DNA from: an uncultured Bacilli bacterium | GTDB taxonomy: Bacteria; Bacillota_I; Bacilli_A; RF39; UBA660 | NCBI GenBank assembly: GCA_947632545.1 | Contig: CANRPP010000004.1 | Location: 1 to 56,085, forward strand | Length of the DNA stretch: 56,085 nucleotides | Reading direction: 5' to 3' | Part shown: one piece after another, positions 9,313 through 19,300 of the stretch | Layout: every line of letters starts with the position of its first letter | Position numbering within the stretch: position 1 is the first letter of the stretch | The notes under the pieces: model-generated | The model's input: the letters and a program-made list of their open reading frames with translations, nothing else | Databases searched by the model: none | Told to the model about the DNA's origin: nothing | Translations under genes and position numbers: made by a program

Positions 9313-10089
9313 TTATTTCAATACTTTTTTTAGTGAACTTATAGCAGATTTTTCTATTCTAGATACTTGTGCTTGACTAATAGCTAATTCTTCTGCAATC
9401 TCCATTTGTGTTTTCCCAATTACAAATCGCTGATCTAAGATATGCTGTTCTCTTTCACTTAAATTATCTATTGCCTCGTTTAAGGCTAACTTTATTTCCA
9501 TATCTTCACTATTTGTTTTTTTATCTTCTATTTGGTCACATAAATATATTGTATCTCCACCATCATTATATATAGCTTCAAACATACTAATTGGTTCTTT
9601 TAAAGAATCAAGAGAATTTACTATATCAAATGTAGTTACACCTAATTCTTTAGCAATATCTTCTGTTGGTGGCTCTACTCCATGTTTAGAAATATAATCT
9701 TCTTTATACTTTAATGTTTTGTAAGCAATATCTTTTAATGATCTGCTTACTCTTATACTATTATTATCACGAATATATCTTCTAACTTCTCCTAAAATCA
9801 TTGGTACTGCATATGTTGAAAATCTAACTTCATGTGACAAATCAAAATTATCGATTGCTTTTAAAAGACCCACACAACCTACTTGAAATAAATCGTCCAT
9901 ATTATCACATTTATTATTAAACCTTTTTAATATTGATAATACTAACTTTAAGTTGCCATTGACTAATTCATCTCTAGCAAACATATCCCCTTCTTGCATT
10001 CTTTTAAATAAGTCATTCATTTCTTGATTACTTAATACTTTAATATTTGCTGTGTTCACACCACTGATTTCTACTTTGTGGCGTGCCAT
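9313..10089 (-). CDS. sigG: Sporulation sigma factor SigG (forespore)
   Basis: Near-colinear match to remembered B. subtilis SigG: KVEISGV, LVNGNLKLVLS, RFNN, DDLFQVGCVGLLKAIDNFDL, FSTYAVPMILGEVRRYIRDNNSIRVSRSLKDIAYK. Confidence 0.88.
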   Translation of the reverse strand: MARHKVEISGVNTANIKVLSNQEMNDLFKRMQEGDMFARDELVNGNLKLVLSILKRFNNKCDNMDDLFQVGCVGLLKAIDNFDLSHEVRFSTYAVPMILGEVRRYIRDNNSIRVSRSLKDIAYKTLKYKEDYISKHGVEPPTEDIAKELGVTTFDIVNSLDSLKEPISMFEAIYNDGGDTIYLCDQIEDKKTNSEDMEIKLALNEAIDNLSEREQHILDQRFVIGKTQMEIAEELAISQAQVSRIEKSAISSLKKVLK

Positions 10090-10108
10090 ATAAAATCTCC
10101 TTTCATAC

Positions 10109-10139
10109 TAGTTATGATTTAATAAAGAAAATTTTATAC
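10109..10139 (-). promoter_or_regulatory. Putative forespore (sigma-F/sigma-G type) promoter of sigG
   Basis: Reverse strand: GTATA, 18-nt spacer, CATAACTA, about 20 nt upstream of the sigG RBS. This fits the GTATA/GHATR-N18-CATnnTA class from memory. Confidence 0.45.
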
Positions 10140-10171
10140 AAAAAAACTATAAATCTTAATTTTATAGTTTT
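10140..10171 (-). terminator. Intrinsic terminator after the thioredoxin-like gene
   Basis: Reverse strand: AACTATAAA/TTTATAGTT hairpin followed by TTTTTTTG. Confidence 0.6.
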
Positions 10172-10203
10172 AAATTAGTAAATATTTATAAGTAATAAAC
10201 ACA

Positions 10204-10899
10204 TTATTTTATTTTTTTAATACCATCAATATATATTTTTTTTAATTCACTATATTCTTTTGTAGTTAATTTTTTATTTTTTGTTTTATTTGATTCTACT
10301 GTAGATACATGCATTTTTTTAATTTCTCCATTTTTTATAAATAATACTGTAGGAAAATATAATCTTTTTATAGAATCATCATTTAAGCCTTCATATACTT
10401 CGGCTTTATCACCTAATAATTTTAATATTTCATAATATTCATCACTACCATTATGTAGAGTTAAAACTTCACCTTCTGGAGATAAGTATTTTTCATCCCT
10501 ATCACCATATGCATTATAGTAATATAATGTGTCAAGCTCCATTTCAGATTTAGCATCCAATAAAACTTCTACTGCACTTCTACACCAAGAGCATTGTGGA
10601 TATCCAAAATAAATTATACCTGTTTTATTTTTCATAAAACTAACGGTTTCTTTTCCATTTAAATATTTAACACCATTGTCTTCCATAATATCAACATTAA
10701 TATATTTATTATTAGATAAATCTTTTTTATCATTATACTTTTCGTATTCTTTTTTAAAATATCGTTCATCTTTAGTAAGCTTATTTTTTGAAACAGTTAT
10801 ACAAGATAAAATAATTATTATAACTAATAATAAACAAATAAGATAAATAATTTTTTTGTTATTATTATTTTTTTTCTTTTTAGTTTTTCTTTTCTTCAT
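10204..10899 (-). CDS. Membrane-anchored thioredoxin-fold protein (CxxC)
   Basis: Lys-rich N-terminus plus one TM helix. An extracytoplasmic domain carries YFGYPQCSWCRS (CSWC redox motif). Confidence 0.7.
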   Translation of the reverse strand: MKKRKTKKKKNNNNKKIIYLICLLLVIIIILSCITVSKNKLTKDERYFKKEYEKYNDKKDLSNNKYINVDIMEDNGVKYLNGKETVSFMKNKTGIIYFGYPQCSWCRSAVEVLLDAKSEMELDTLYYYNAYGDRDEKYLSPEGEVLTLHNGSDEYYEILKLLGDKAEVYEGLNDDSIKRLYFPTVLFIKNGEIKKMHVSTVESNKTKNKKLTTKEYSELKKIYIDGIKKIK

Positions 10900-10901
10900 A
10901 A

Positions 10902-11333
10902 TTAATCACTTCCAATTATACTTATAATGCTTTTTAATAATCTTTCTTTATCACTTGGTTTTCTTTTTTTAGGTCCTTTTATATTATAATGTTTTCTTAA
11001 TTTTATATTTTTACTTTTTGCATCCATCAAATAATCAATATTATTATCAGTATAAAAATAACCATATTGATTTAAGACATAAGCCTTCTTTAATAAAGAT
11101 AAAACTGCTACTCCATAATCTCCAGTTAATACTAAATCACATTCTCTTACATCATTTTCAATTAATAAATCTGCGGCATTATTACCTATTGTAGTTACAA
11201 TAACTTTGGCGTAACTATCATCAATTACATGTGATGTATCTACATAGATTATAACCTCTTTTGAATATTTTTTGCAAATAGTAATTATTTCATTAATATT
11301 AGGAAAAGAATCTCCATCTATTAAAACTCTCAT
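10902..11333 (-). CDS. YaiI/YqxD-family protein (DUF188/UPF0178)
   Basis: 143 aa. The N-terminal MRVLIDGDSFP pattern and the size fit the family. Overlaps the upstream gene by 4 nt. Confidence 0.5.
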   Translation of the reverse strand: MRVLIDGDSFPNINEIITICKKYSKEVIIYVDTSHVIDDSYAKVIVTTIGNNAADLLIENDVRECDLVLTGDYGVAVLSLLKKAYVLNQYGYFYTDNNIDYLMDAKSKNIKLRKHYNIKGPKKRKPSDKERLLKSIISIIGSD

Positions 11334-12175
11334 ATTATCTTTTTAAATTCACTTGGTATATCTGTAGTAAAAGTAATTTCCTTCTTTTTAATTGGATAAA
11401 ATATTTTTAGTCTATTTGCATGTAAATAAAGTCTATTATATTTTTTATCATCATTACCATACTTTTTATCACCAACAATAGCATGATTAATATTAGCAAG
11501 TTGAACTCTTATTTGATTTTTTCTTCCTGTTTCTATATTTACTTTCAATAGACTATAATTATTTTTTTCTTTTATTACTTCATAATTTGTTATAGCGTCT
11601 TTTCCTATATTATTTTTTGATACATATACAAAATTAGTTTTTGTCTCATTAAGTTTATTTATTAATTTTTCCTTTTTATTATTTAAATATCCATTAACTA
11701 TTGCAATATATTCTCTTAACTTTACTATATTATTCCAATCTTTTTGAAGCCTATTTTTAGTTTTTTCATCTTTTGCTAGTAAAACAATTCCACTAGTATC
11801 TTTATCCAATCTATGAACTATAAAGACCTTATCATTTTTATTTTTACTTTTTAAATATTCACTTACATAATGATATAGTGTCTTTTCTTTTTCTTTATTT
11901 GTAGAAATAGTTAAAAGTCCACTAGGTTTATTAACTACAATTATATATTGATCTTCATAGATAATATCAAATAATAATTTATTAGTACTTTTAGTTTTAG
12001 TATCTATTAAAATAATCATATCTTTATATACTTTATAATCATATTTAGTAGTTTTAACATTATTTACATAAATTGAACCATGAGTTAAATATGACTTTAT
12101 CTTCTTTTTAGGAATATCTAAATTACTATATAAATAATTTAATAAAGTATCATTATTTTTTACTTTTATTTTCAT
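11330..12175 (-). CDS. RluA-family 23S rRNA/tRNA pseudouridine synthase with N-terminal S4 domain
   Basis: Catalytic motif HRLDKDTSGIVLLAK and C-terminal GRKNQIRVQL. Confidence 0.88.
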   Translation of the reverse strand: MKIKVKNNDTLLNYLYSNLDIPKKKIKSYLTHGSIYVNNVKTTKYDYKVYKDMIILIDTKTKSTNKLLFDIIYEDQYIIVVNKPSGLLTISTNKEKEKTLYHYVSEYLKSKNKNDKVFIVHRLDKDTSGIVLLAKDEKTKNRLQKDWNNIVKLREYIAIVNGYLNNKKEKLINKLNETKTNFVYVSKNNIGKDAITNYEVIKEKNNYSLLKVNIETGRKNQIRVQLANINHAIVGDKKYGNDDKKYNRLYLHANRLKIFYPIKKKEITFTTDIPSEFKKII

Positions 12176-12203
12176 AATTTTATATTCCTCCTATTTAAAA
12201 ACT

Positions 12204-13391
12204 CTATAAATTACTATCTATATGTAGTTTAACTTCTTTTTTATATTCTTCAACTCCAGGTTGATTATAAGGATTAACTCCAAATAAATATGAAGAAAAT
12301 ACTGCAGATAACATAAAAAACATACTTAACATTCCTATATTTTCTATAGTTAATTTATCTAGACTAATTATAACACTTGGAGTATTTCCCTTTTTATGAG
12401 CTCTACAGACAGAATTAATAACTATATTATTTAATTCATTTAATGATGTATTATTAATTTTTAAATCATTATCTTTCTCTACTTTTATTACAGTTTCAAA
12501 TATTATATTATTTCCTTCTTGAATAAATTGACCTAATGAATGTAAATCTCTAGTATTTACTGTCGATACTGGAAAGATTCCTAAATTATTTTTACCTTCA
12601 CTTTCTCCAAATAGTTGTTTTATCCATTCTGTATAATAATATAAATTATCTTGATATACACTAAAATTTTCTATATATTTTTTCTTTTTAAATAATTCTA
12701 TACGATTAGATGCATAAATGTATGCCTTATCTATTAAATCAATACCTTTTTTATAACCAGCAATTAAATCTTTTATATTTATATTTGCTACTGCTAAAGG
12801 AAGAAGATGAGCTGCAGTTATTAGACTATATCTTCCTCCAATATCTGAAGGTATTTCAAAAGAAGTATAAGAATTATTTATGGCTTCTTCTCTTAATTTA
12901 CCATTTTCTTTATCAGTAGTTATAATAATCCTTGATTTTAATTCTTCATTACTATATTTTTTTTCTAATTCAGTCTTAATAATTTTATAAACTAAACTTA
13001 CCTCTAAAGTAGTTCCTGATTTACTTATAACATTTAAAGTTACATCTTTATCCTTAATATAATCAATAACTTCTAATAAATAATTAGTAGATAAATTAGT
13101 TCCTAAATAAATAAGTTCGGTATCTTTTTTCTTAAAATGATTCTTAAACATTTCAGATATAGCAAAACTACCCATAAAAGAACCACCTATTCCAATAACA
13201 ATTAATATATCACTATTTTCTTTAATTTTATTAGAAATATCTATAATTCTATTTACCTCATTATCATCAATTATATTATTTATAAAACCTGACATTTTAT
13301 CATTATATAATTTAGAAATAAGTTCTTCTTTTTTGTTTTTTAAAGTAGCAATATTAGTATCATTATAAGTATTAAAATCAAAACTAATCAT
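12204..13391 (-). CDS. pgi: Glucose-6-phosphate isomerase (short form)
   Basis: SIS/PGI motifs GIGGSFMGS, ISKSGTTLE, DIGGRYS and FGESEGK. The start overlaps the stop of the upstream giant gene by 8 nt. Confidence 0.82.
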   Translation of the reverse strand: MISFDFNTYNDTNIATLKNKKEELISKLYNDKMSGFINNIIDDNEVNRIIDISNKIKENSDILIVIGIGGSFMGSFAISEMFKNHFKKKDTELIYLGTNLSTNYLLEVIDYIKDKDVTLNVISKSGTTLEVSLVYKIIKTELEKKYSNEELKSRIIITTDKENGKLREEAINNSYTSFEIPSDIGGRYSLITAAHLLPLAVANINIKDLIAGYKKGIDLIDKAYIYASNRIELFKKKKYIENFSVYQDNLYYYTEWIKQLFGESEGKNNLGIFPVSTVNTRDLHSLGQFIQEGNNIIFETVIKVEKDNDLKINNTSLNELNNIVINSVCRAHKKGNTPSVIISLDKLTIENIGMLSMFFMLSAVFSSYLFGVNPYNQPGVEEYKKEVKLHIDSNL

Positions 13392-16300
13392 TATCTTTAC
13401 CTCTTTTTCTATATACTATAATATCGTAAGATTTCTTTTTATTATCTAATTTAATTATATTAGGACTTTTATTTTCTTTACCATCTATTATAATTTTATT
13501 TTTACTATCTAAAATAACCTTAATATTATAAGTAGTATCTAAATATTTATAAGTAATTTCATAATTTTTCCATTCTCTAGGAACATGAGGTTCAATATAT
13601 AATTTATCACCACGTTTTTTTAAACCAATAATCTCTTCAATACCTACTCGATAAAACCAGCCAGAAGAACCTGTATACCAAGTCCAACCACCTCTACCTT
13701 CATATCCTACTTTTGAATAGATATCAGCAGCAATTACATAAGGTTCTACTTTATATGTATCAATAGATTTTTTATCTAGGCTTCTATTAATTGGGTTAAT
13801 CATTTGATAATATTTATAGGCTCTATCACTATAACCACTTTTAATTAAAGCCATTATGTACCATGCAGTAGCATGAGTATATTGTCCCCCATTTTCACGA
13901 ATACCTTTAGGATAACTCATAATATAACCAGGTGTGTTTAATGATTTTTCAAACGGAGGATCAAGTAATTTTATAATTCTAAAGTCCTTATTAACAAGTC
14001 GTTCTTCAACAGAGTTAATAACACTAGGTATTCTAGACTTTTCTATAACATCACTCAAAATAGAAAAACTTTGAGAGATCAAATCTATCTTACATTCGTC
14101 ATTTTCTATACTACCTAATTTATCACCATTATCAAAATAAGCACGTAAGTAATAATCTTTATCCCATCCATATTTATTTAAATTTTCTTTTAGTTTTTCA
14201 TTAAAACTTATATAAGAATCTTTCTTAATATCTGGATAATATTTATCTAATAGTTTAATAAAGTTATTTATAATATCATATAAGAAAAATCCTAACCAAA
14301 CACTTTCTCCTTTTCCTTTAATTCCAACTTTATTCATACCATCATTCCAGTCACCACCACCCATTAATGGTAATCCATGACTTCCAATATTACTCATTGC
14401 TAATTTTAAAGATAAAAGTAAATGGAAAAATAAAGGTTTAGTATAAGCACTATATGTAAAAATAACTCCTCTTTCATTTTCATGTTCAGATAAACTATCA
14501 CCTACAACAAAAGGAACTTCTTCATCTAAAATAGATTTATCATCAGTAACTTCTAAATAATAAATAGTTGCATAAACTAACCATAAATAATCATCCTTAA
14601 AACGACTACGAATACCAAAATGATTTTTGCTATGCCACCAATGAAGTACATCTCCTTCTATAAATTGATGTTTAGCATTTATTAAAATTTGATTTCTAGT
14701 ATAATCTTTATTTACAACACAAATATTCATAGAATCTTGTAACTGATCACGATAGCCAAAAGCACCACTAACTTGATAAAATCCTGCTTTGGCTTGAATT
14801 CTAGAAGATATAGTTTGATATAAATACCAACCATTTAACATATAATCAAATGCTAAATCTGGAGTTTTAACTTTAACAGTTGATAATCTATCACTCCAAG
14901 AGTTAATAACTAATTTTAATTCACCTTTAGCAGTAGTTAAATTATTATACTTCTCTATTAAAGATAAATTTTTATCTATTTCTTTACTACATCCTAAAGT
15001 AAATACAATTTCTTTTTCACTATTTGCATCTAAATCAATACATACATTAATATCTTTAACTAATATTTTATCAATAGTTGCAGAATTAATTTTTTCTGAT
15101 GAAGACATAAATACATTAACATCACTATAATCAATACTATAAACATTACGAAGTTTTAAGTAATTATCATCACCCATAAATTCAGTTAAAATATGACGAG
15201 AAGTTTTCTCTTCAAAATTACCAAAAGTAGGATTTATAAAGAATGATATATCTAATTTTTTATTAATAGCTTCTTTGTTAGTTAATTTTAATATATATAT
15301 TTTTACATTATCTTCTAAAGCTACAAATTCAGTTAAAGAATGATGTAGTTCTTTAGTTTCACTTTCTAAAATAGAATAACCAAAACCATGTCTACATTTA
15401 GTAGGTTCAAATAATTTATCATTTATCTTAATACCTTCAGATTTATCATTTATAACCATTTCATTTGTCCAAGATGTTATTTTAAATTCATAACTATTAT
15501 AAGCATAAGTATAACCACATCCATTATTAGTTATAATAGTACCAAAATTACCATTTGAAATAACATTACTCCATGGAGTTGGGGTATTCATATTTTTAAT
15601 GACATATTCCATACCTTTTTTACTAAAGCCACCATAACTATTATCAAATTTTAATCTATCTTTATAAACTACATTTAAATTAGCTTCTGTTTCTAATCTT
15701 TTATAATCATTTATTTTATTATTTTTTTGTAGTAAGTCTATCTCATCTTTTAAGGAATAATGACTCTTAACATTAAACATTAATCTAGGAACTATTTTTA
15801 ATAAAGACTTATCTTCTTCTGTAAGATTATTACTATCTATTACAGTAACTATTCCAGGTGTATTTCTAAAACTATTTACACTATAAATTCTATATAATTC
15901 ATTATCAATTTCTTTTCTAACTATTTTAGAAGAATAATCCTTTTCACTATTAACAATAATTATATCTACAAATATAGATTTATTTTTAAAGTATTCAAAT
16001 GCTTTTAATATATCATATACAAAAGGCATATCTAATACATCTTTTATATTTACTAGTATAATTGGTCTATCTCCACTGACACCAAATTTCCATAATCCAT
16101 TTTGAGCTAAAGCATTTTTTCTTAAATATTCCCTTCTTTTATCATTAACTGCTATTTTAGTTGTCTGATATAAATAATTTAACATTATATTATAAGTACG
16201 CATCTCTTCGCCAGTTAAATTCATATTTTTGGTATGAACAATATTCATAGCATTAGCCATCCTGAAGGCTTTTTTTATTGATAATCTATCACTATAAGTA

Positions 16301-19300
16301 TTAACCATTTCTAAAACCTGTTCCATACTTCTACCAAATCCACAGATAAAATATACTTCTTTTTTACTATTTGGAGCAATTTCTATTCTATTTCTAATAC
16401 TCATAACTGGCTCTAATGAAGTACCTACTGAATTTGTTAAATCACTATTTAATGCATTAGGATTAGTTGCAGTATTACCTCTTCCTATAAATTTAAATCT
16501 ATCTGTTTCATAACTATACTTATCAACAGGATTTTCAATAAGTAATCTATTAATCATATAAGTTTTAGTACCTGTTTCCCTATTTTTTCTAGTCATAATA
16601 AGAGAATTAGTTTCTTCTTCATATGAACTTTCTAAAAACATACTATTAAATACACGATGAGCAACATCATCAGTATTTTCACACAAAATAGGTTCTGTAT
16701 AAGTAGTCAATTCCAATACTTTAAAATCATCACTATCATTTGTAAATGTATATTTTCTAATTTCTGCATGATGACTTCTTGTAACAATTATTTCTGTTTT
16801 AGTAGTAATAAAACCATCTGTTCTTATATATTTAATTTTATCTGATGCAAAAACTACTTCATACTTATCTGGTTTTTCATTTATGGGAGCATAAGTATTA
16901 GACCAAATTTTGTTAGTTGCAATATCTTTAATATATAAAAACATACCATAATCTTGTTCAGTTATTTTACGATATCTATTTAATTGTAAAGTTCTATATC
17001 TAGAAAAACTATTACCTCTATCATTCATAAGTAGAGTATATTTTCTATTTGATAAAGCACTAACTTCTGGCATATCTGAAATATATGAGAATACTCTAAT
17101 ATCATTATGAATAACTTCTTTTTTATAATTATACTTTTTATATTTAGCTATTTTCATATCAATATCAGCTTTTACTTGAACTTTTTCTTTTAGTAAAATA
17201 TCAAATGATTTTACTTTAACATTACTATGAAAATATTCTTGAATAATATTATCTTTTAAATAATTTGTAATACCTATTAAACTCATACCTTGATGATGTG
17301 CATAGCAAGATCTTACAACTGCTTTCGTATCATAATCATAAGCATCATAAAATCCATACTTTGATAGCATATTTAATTGTTTTAATCTTTCTATATTTTG
17401 ATATACATCTTCTGGATATAAAGACATTATCATTAAAGATGAATAAGGAGAGATAACTATTTTCGTATTTTTATCTTCGCGAGCTTTAAGCGCAGGTACA
17501 GAAAAACTACTGTATTTATAATTTTCTGAATTATCTAATTCATCATATGCCGATTCACTTATTCCCCATGGTAGTTTTTTAGAAACTGATATGACATAAT
17601 CTTTTTGACAGAAATATGCAAAATTATATGATTCATCAAGCAAAGTGTTTTTATAATTTTTCATATAAAGAAGAGGCATATAATATTCAAAAGCAGTACC
17701 ACTCCATGAGATTAACCCTTTATGTTTTTTATAAGTAGTTAATGATTTATCTAGACAAAACCAATGTTTACTTGACACATCACCTTTACATATAGCAACA
17801 AAACTAGTAAGTCTAGATTCACTAGCAAACTTATTATAATTATAAACTGATAAAGCATGATCATCATCTGAATAACCAATACTAAATACATCTTTTTTAG
17901 TATATAACTTTTTAAAATTAGTATTAGCTATTAATTTATCACACAATTTAACTAAATTATCTTCATCATGTTTTTCTAAAAATTCACGCACTACAAATAA
18001 AGCTGCTATTAAATTACCTGAATCTATTGTAGATACAAATCTAGGACTTAATACTTTTTTAGTTTTAATATCATACCAATTATATAAATGACCATGCCAT
18101 TTTTCTAAAGAATCTATTGTGTTAATTATATTTTTTAAATATGCTATTGCATCCTTCAAAGTTATAAATTTAAGTTCATAAGCACAAATAACACTAGTTA
18201 GCGAATAACTAATATCAGTAGAAGAAGTTCTATAATCAAGCTTAACATCTCTATTTGTTTGATAATTATCAGGTACTAAATAATTATTTTCTATAGTTAA
18301 ATTCTCTTTAAAATAATTCCATGTTCTTCTAGCAATACCTAAAATATCTTTATTCTTTCTAGAATCTAATTTTTTATTATCATAATTAAAACTTTTACTA
18401 ACATAATACATATATAATGGCGCTACTAAAAAGATAATAGAAATAACTAAAGCATAATAATTTTTTAAGTAAATACCTACTCCAAATAAAATTACTGCTA
18501 TAAATATATTAAATTTAAAATTATTAATATAATTAAATAAACTAAATTTAGAATTATTTACAACATCTTCTGCAGTTGTCCAGTTAAGTAAATTTTTATG
18601 TGATATAAATAATCTATATAAAGATCTAAAAAAGGCATCCATATATAAATATGTATAATAAGGAATAGTTGAAAAAACAACAAGGCTTCTTATAATTAAA
18701 GATTTTCCACCAAAAGTTAAATTTTTATAATAAATTGTAGTTCTATCATTTTTTTTATAATAAAATTTGTTTTTTAAAAATACAATTATTGGAAAAGATA
18801 TAACTAAATATAAAAATATTAAAAATATTAATTTATGATTTGAAAAGAATATTGTAAATATAATTAGTAATAATAAAGCAGGAGATAAAAACATTCTAAT
18901 AATATTATCAAATATTTTAAATTTACCTAAAATATTTATAGGATTTTGTTCTTTAGTACCATCTTTTCTTTTAGTTTTAGGAAGTAAATATCCAATAATT
19001 TGGGTATCTCCTCTAGCCCATCTATGTTGTCTATTAGTATCATGTAAAAATTCTGATGGAAAGTCTTCTATAAATTCTATATCAGATACATATCCACATC
19101 TTAAATAATTTCCTTCTATTAAGTCATGAGATAATATTAAATTATCAGGAAATTTATCATATAAAATTTTATCAAAAACTTCTAAATCATATATACCTTT
19201 ACCAGCAAAACTTCCCTCAAAAAATAAATCTTGATTAATACTAGGTACTAAAATACTATAAGCATCAAAGCCCCCTATTCCAGCAAAAACTTGTGAATAT

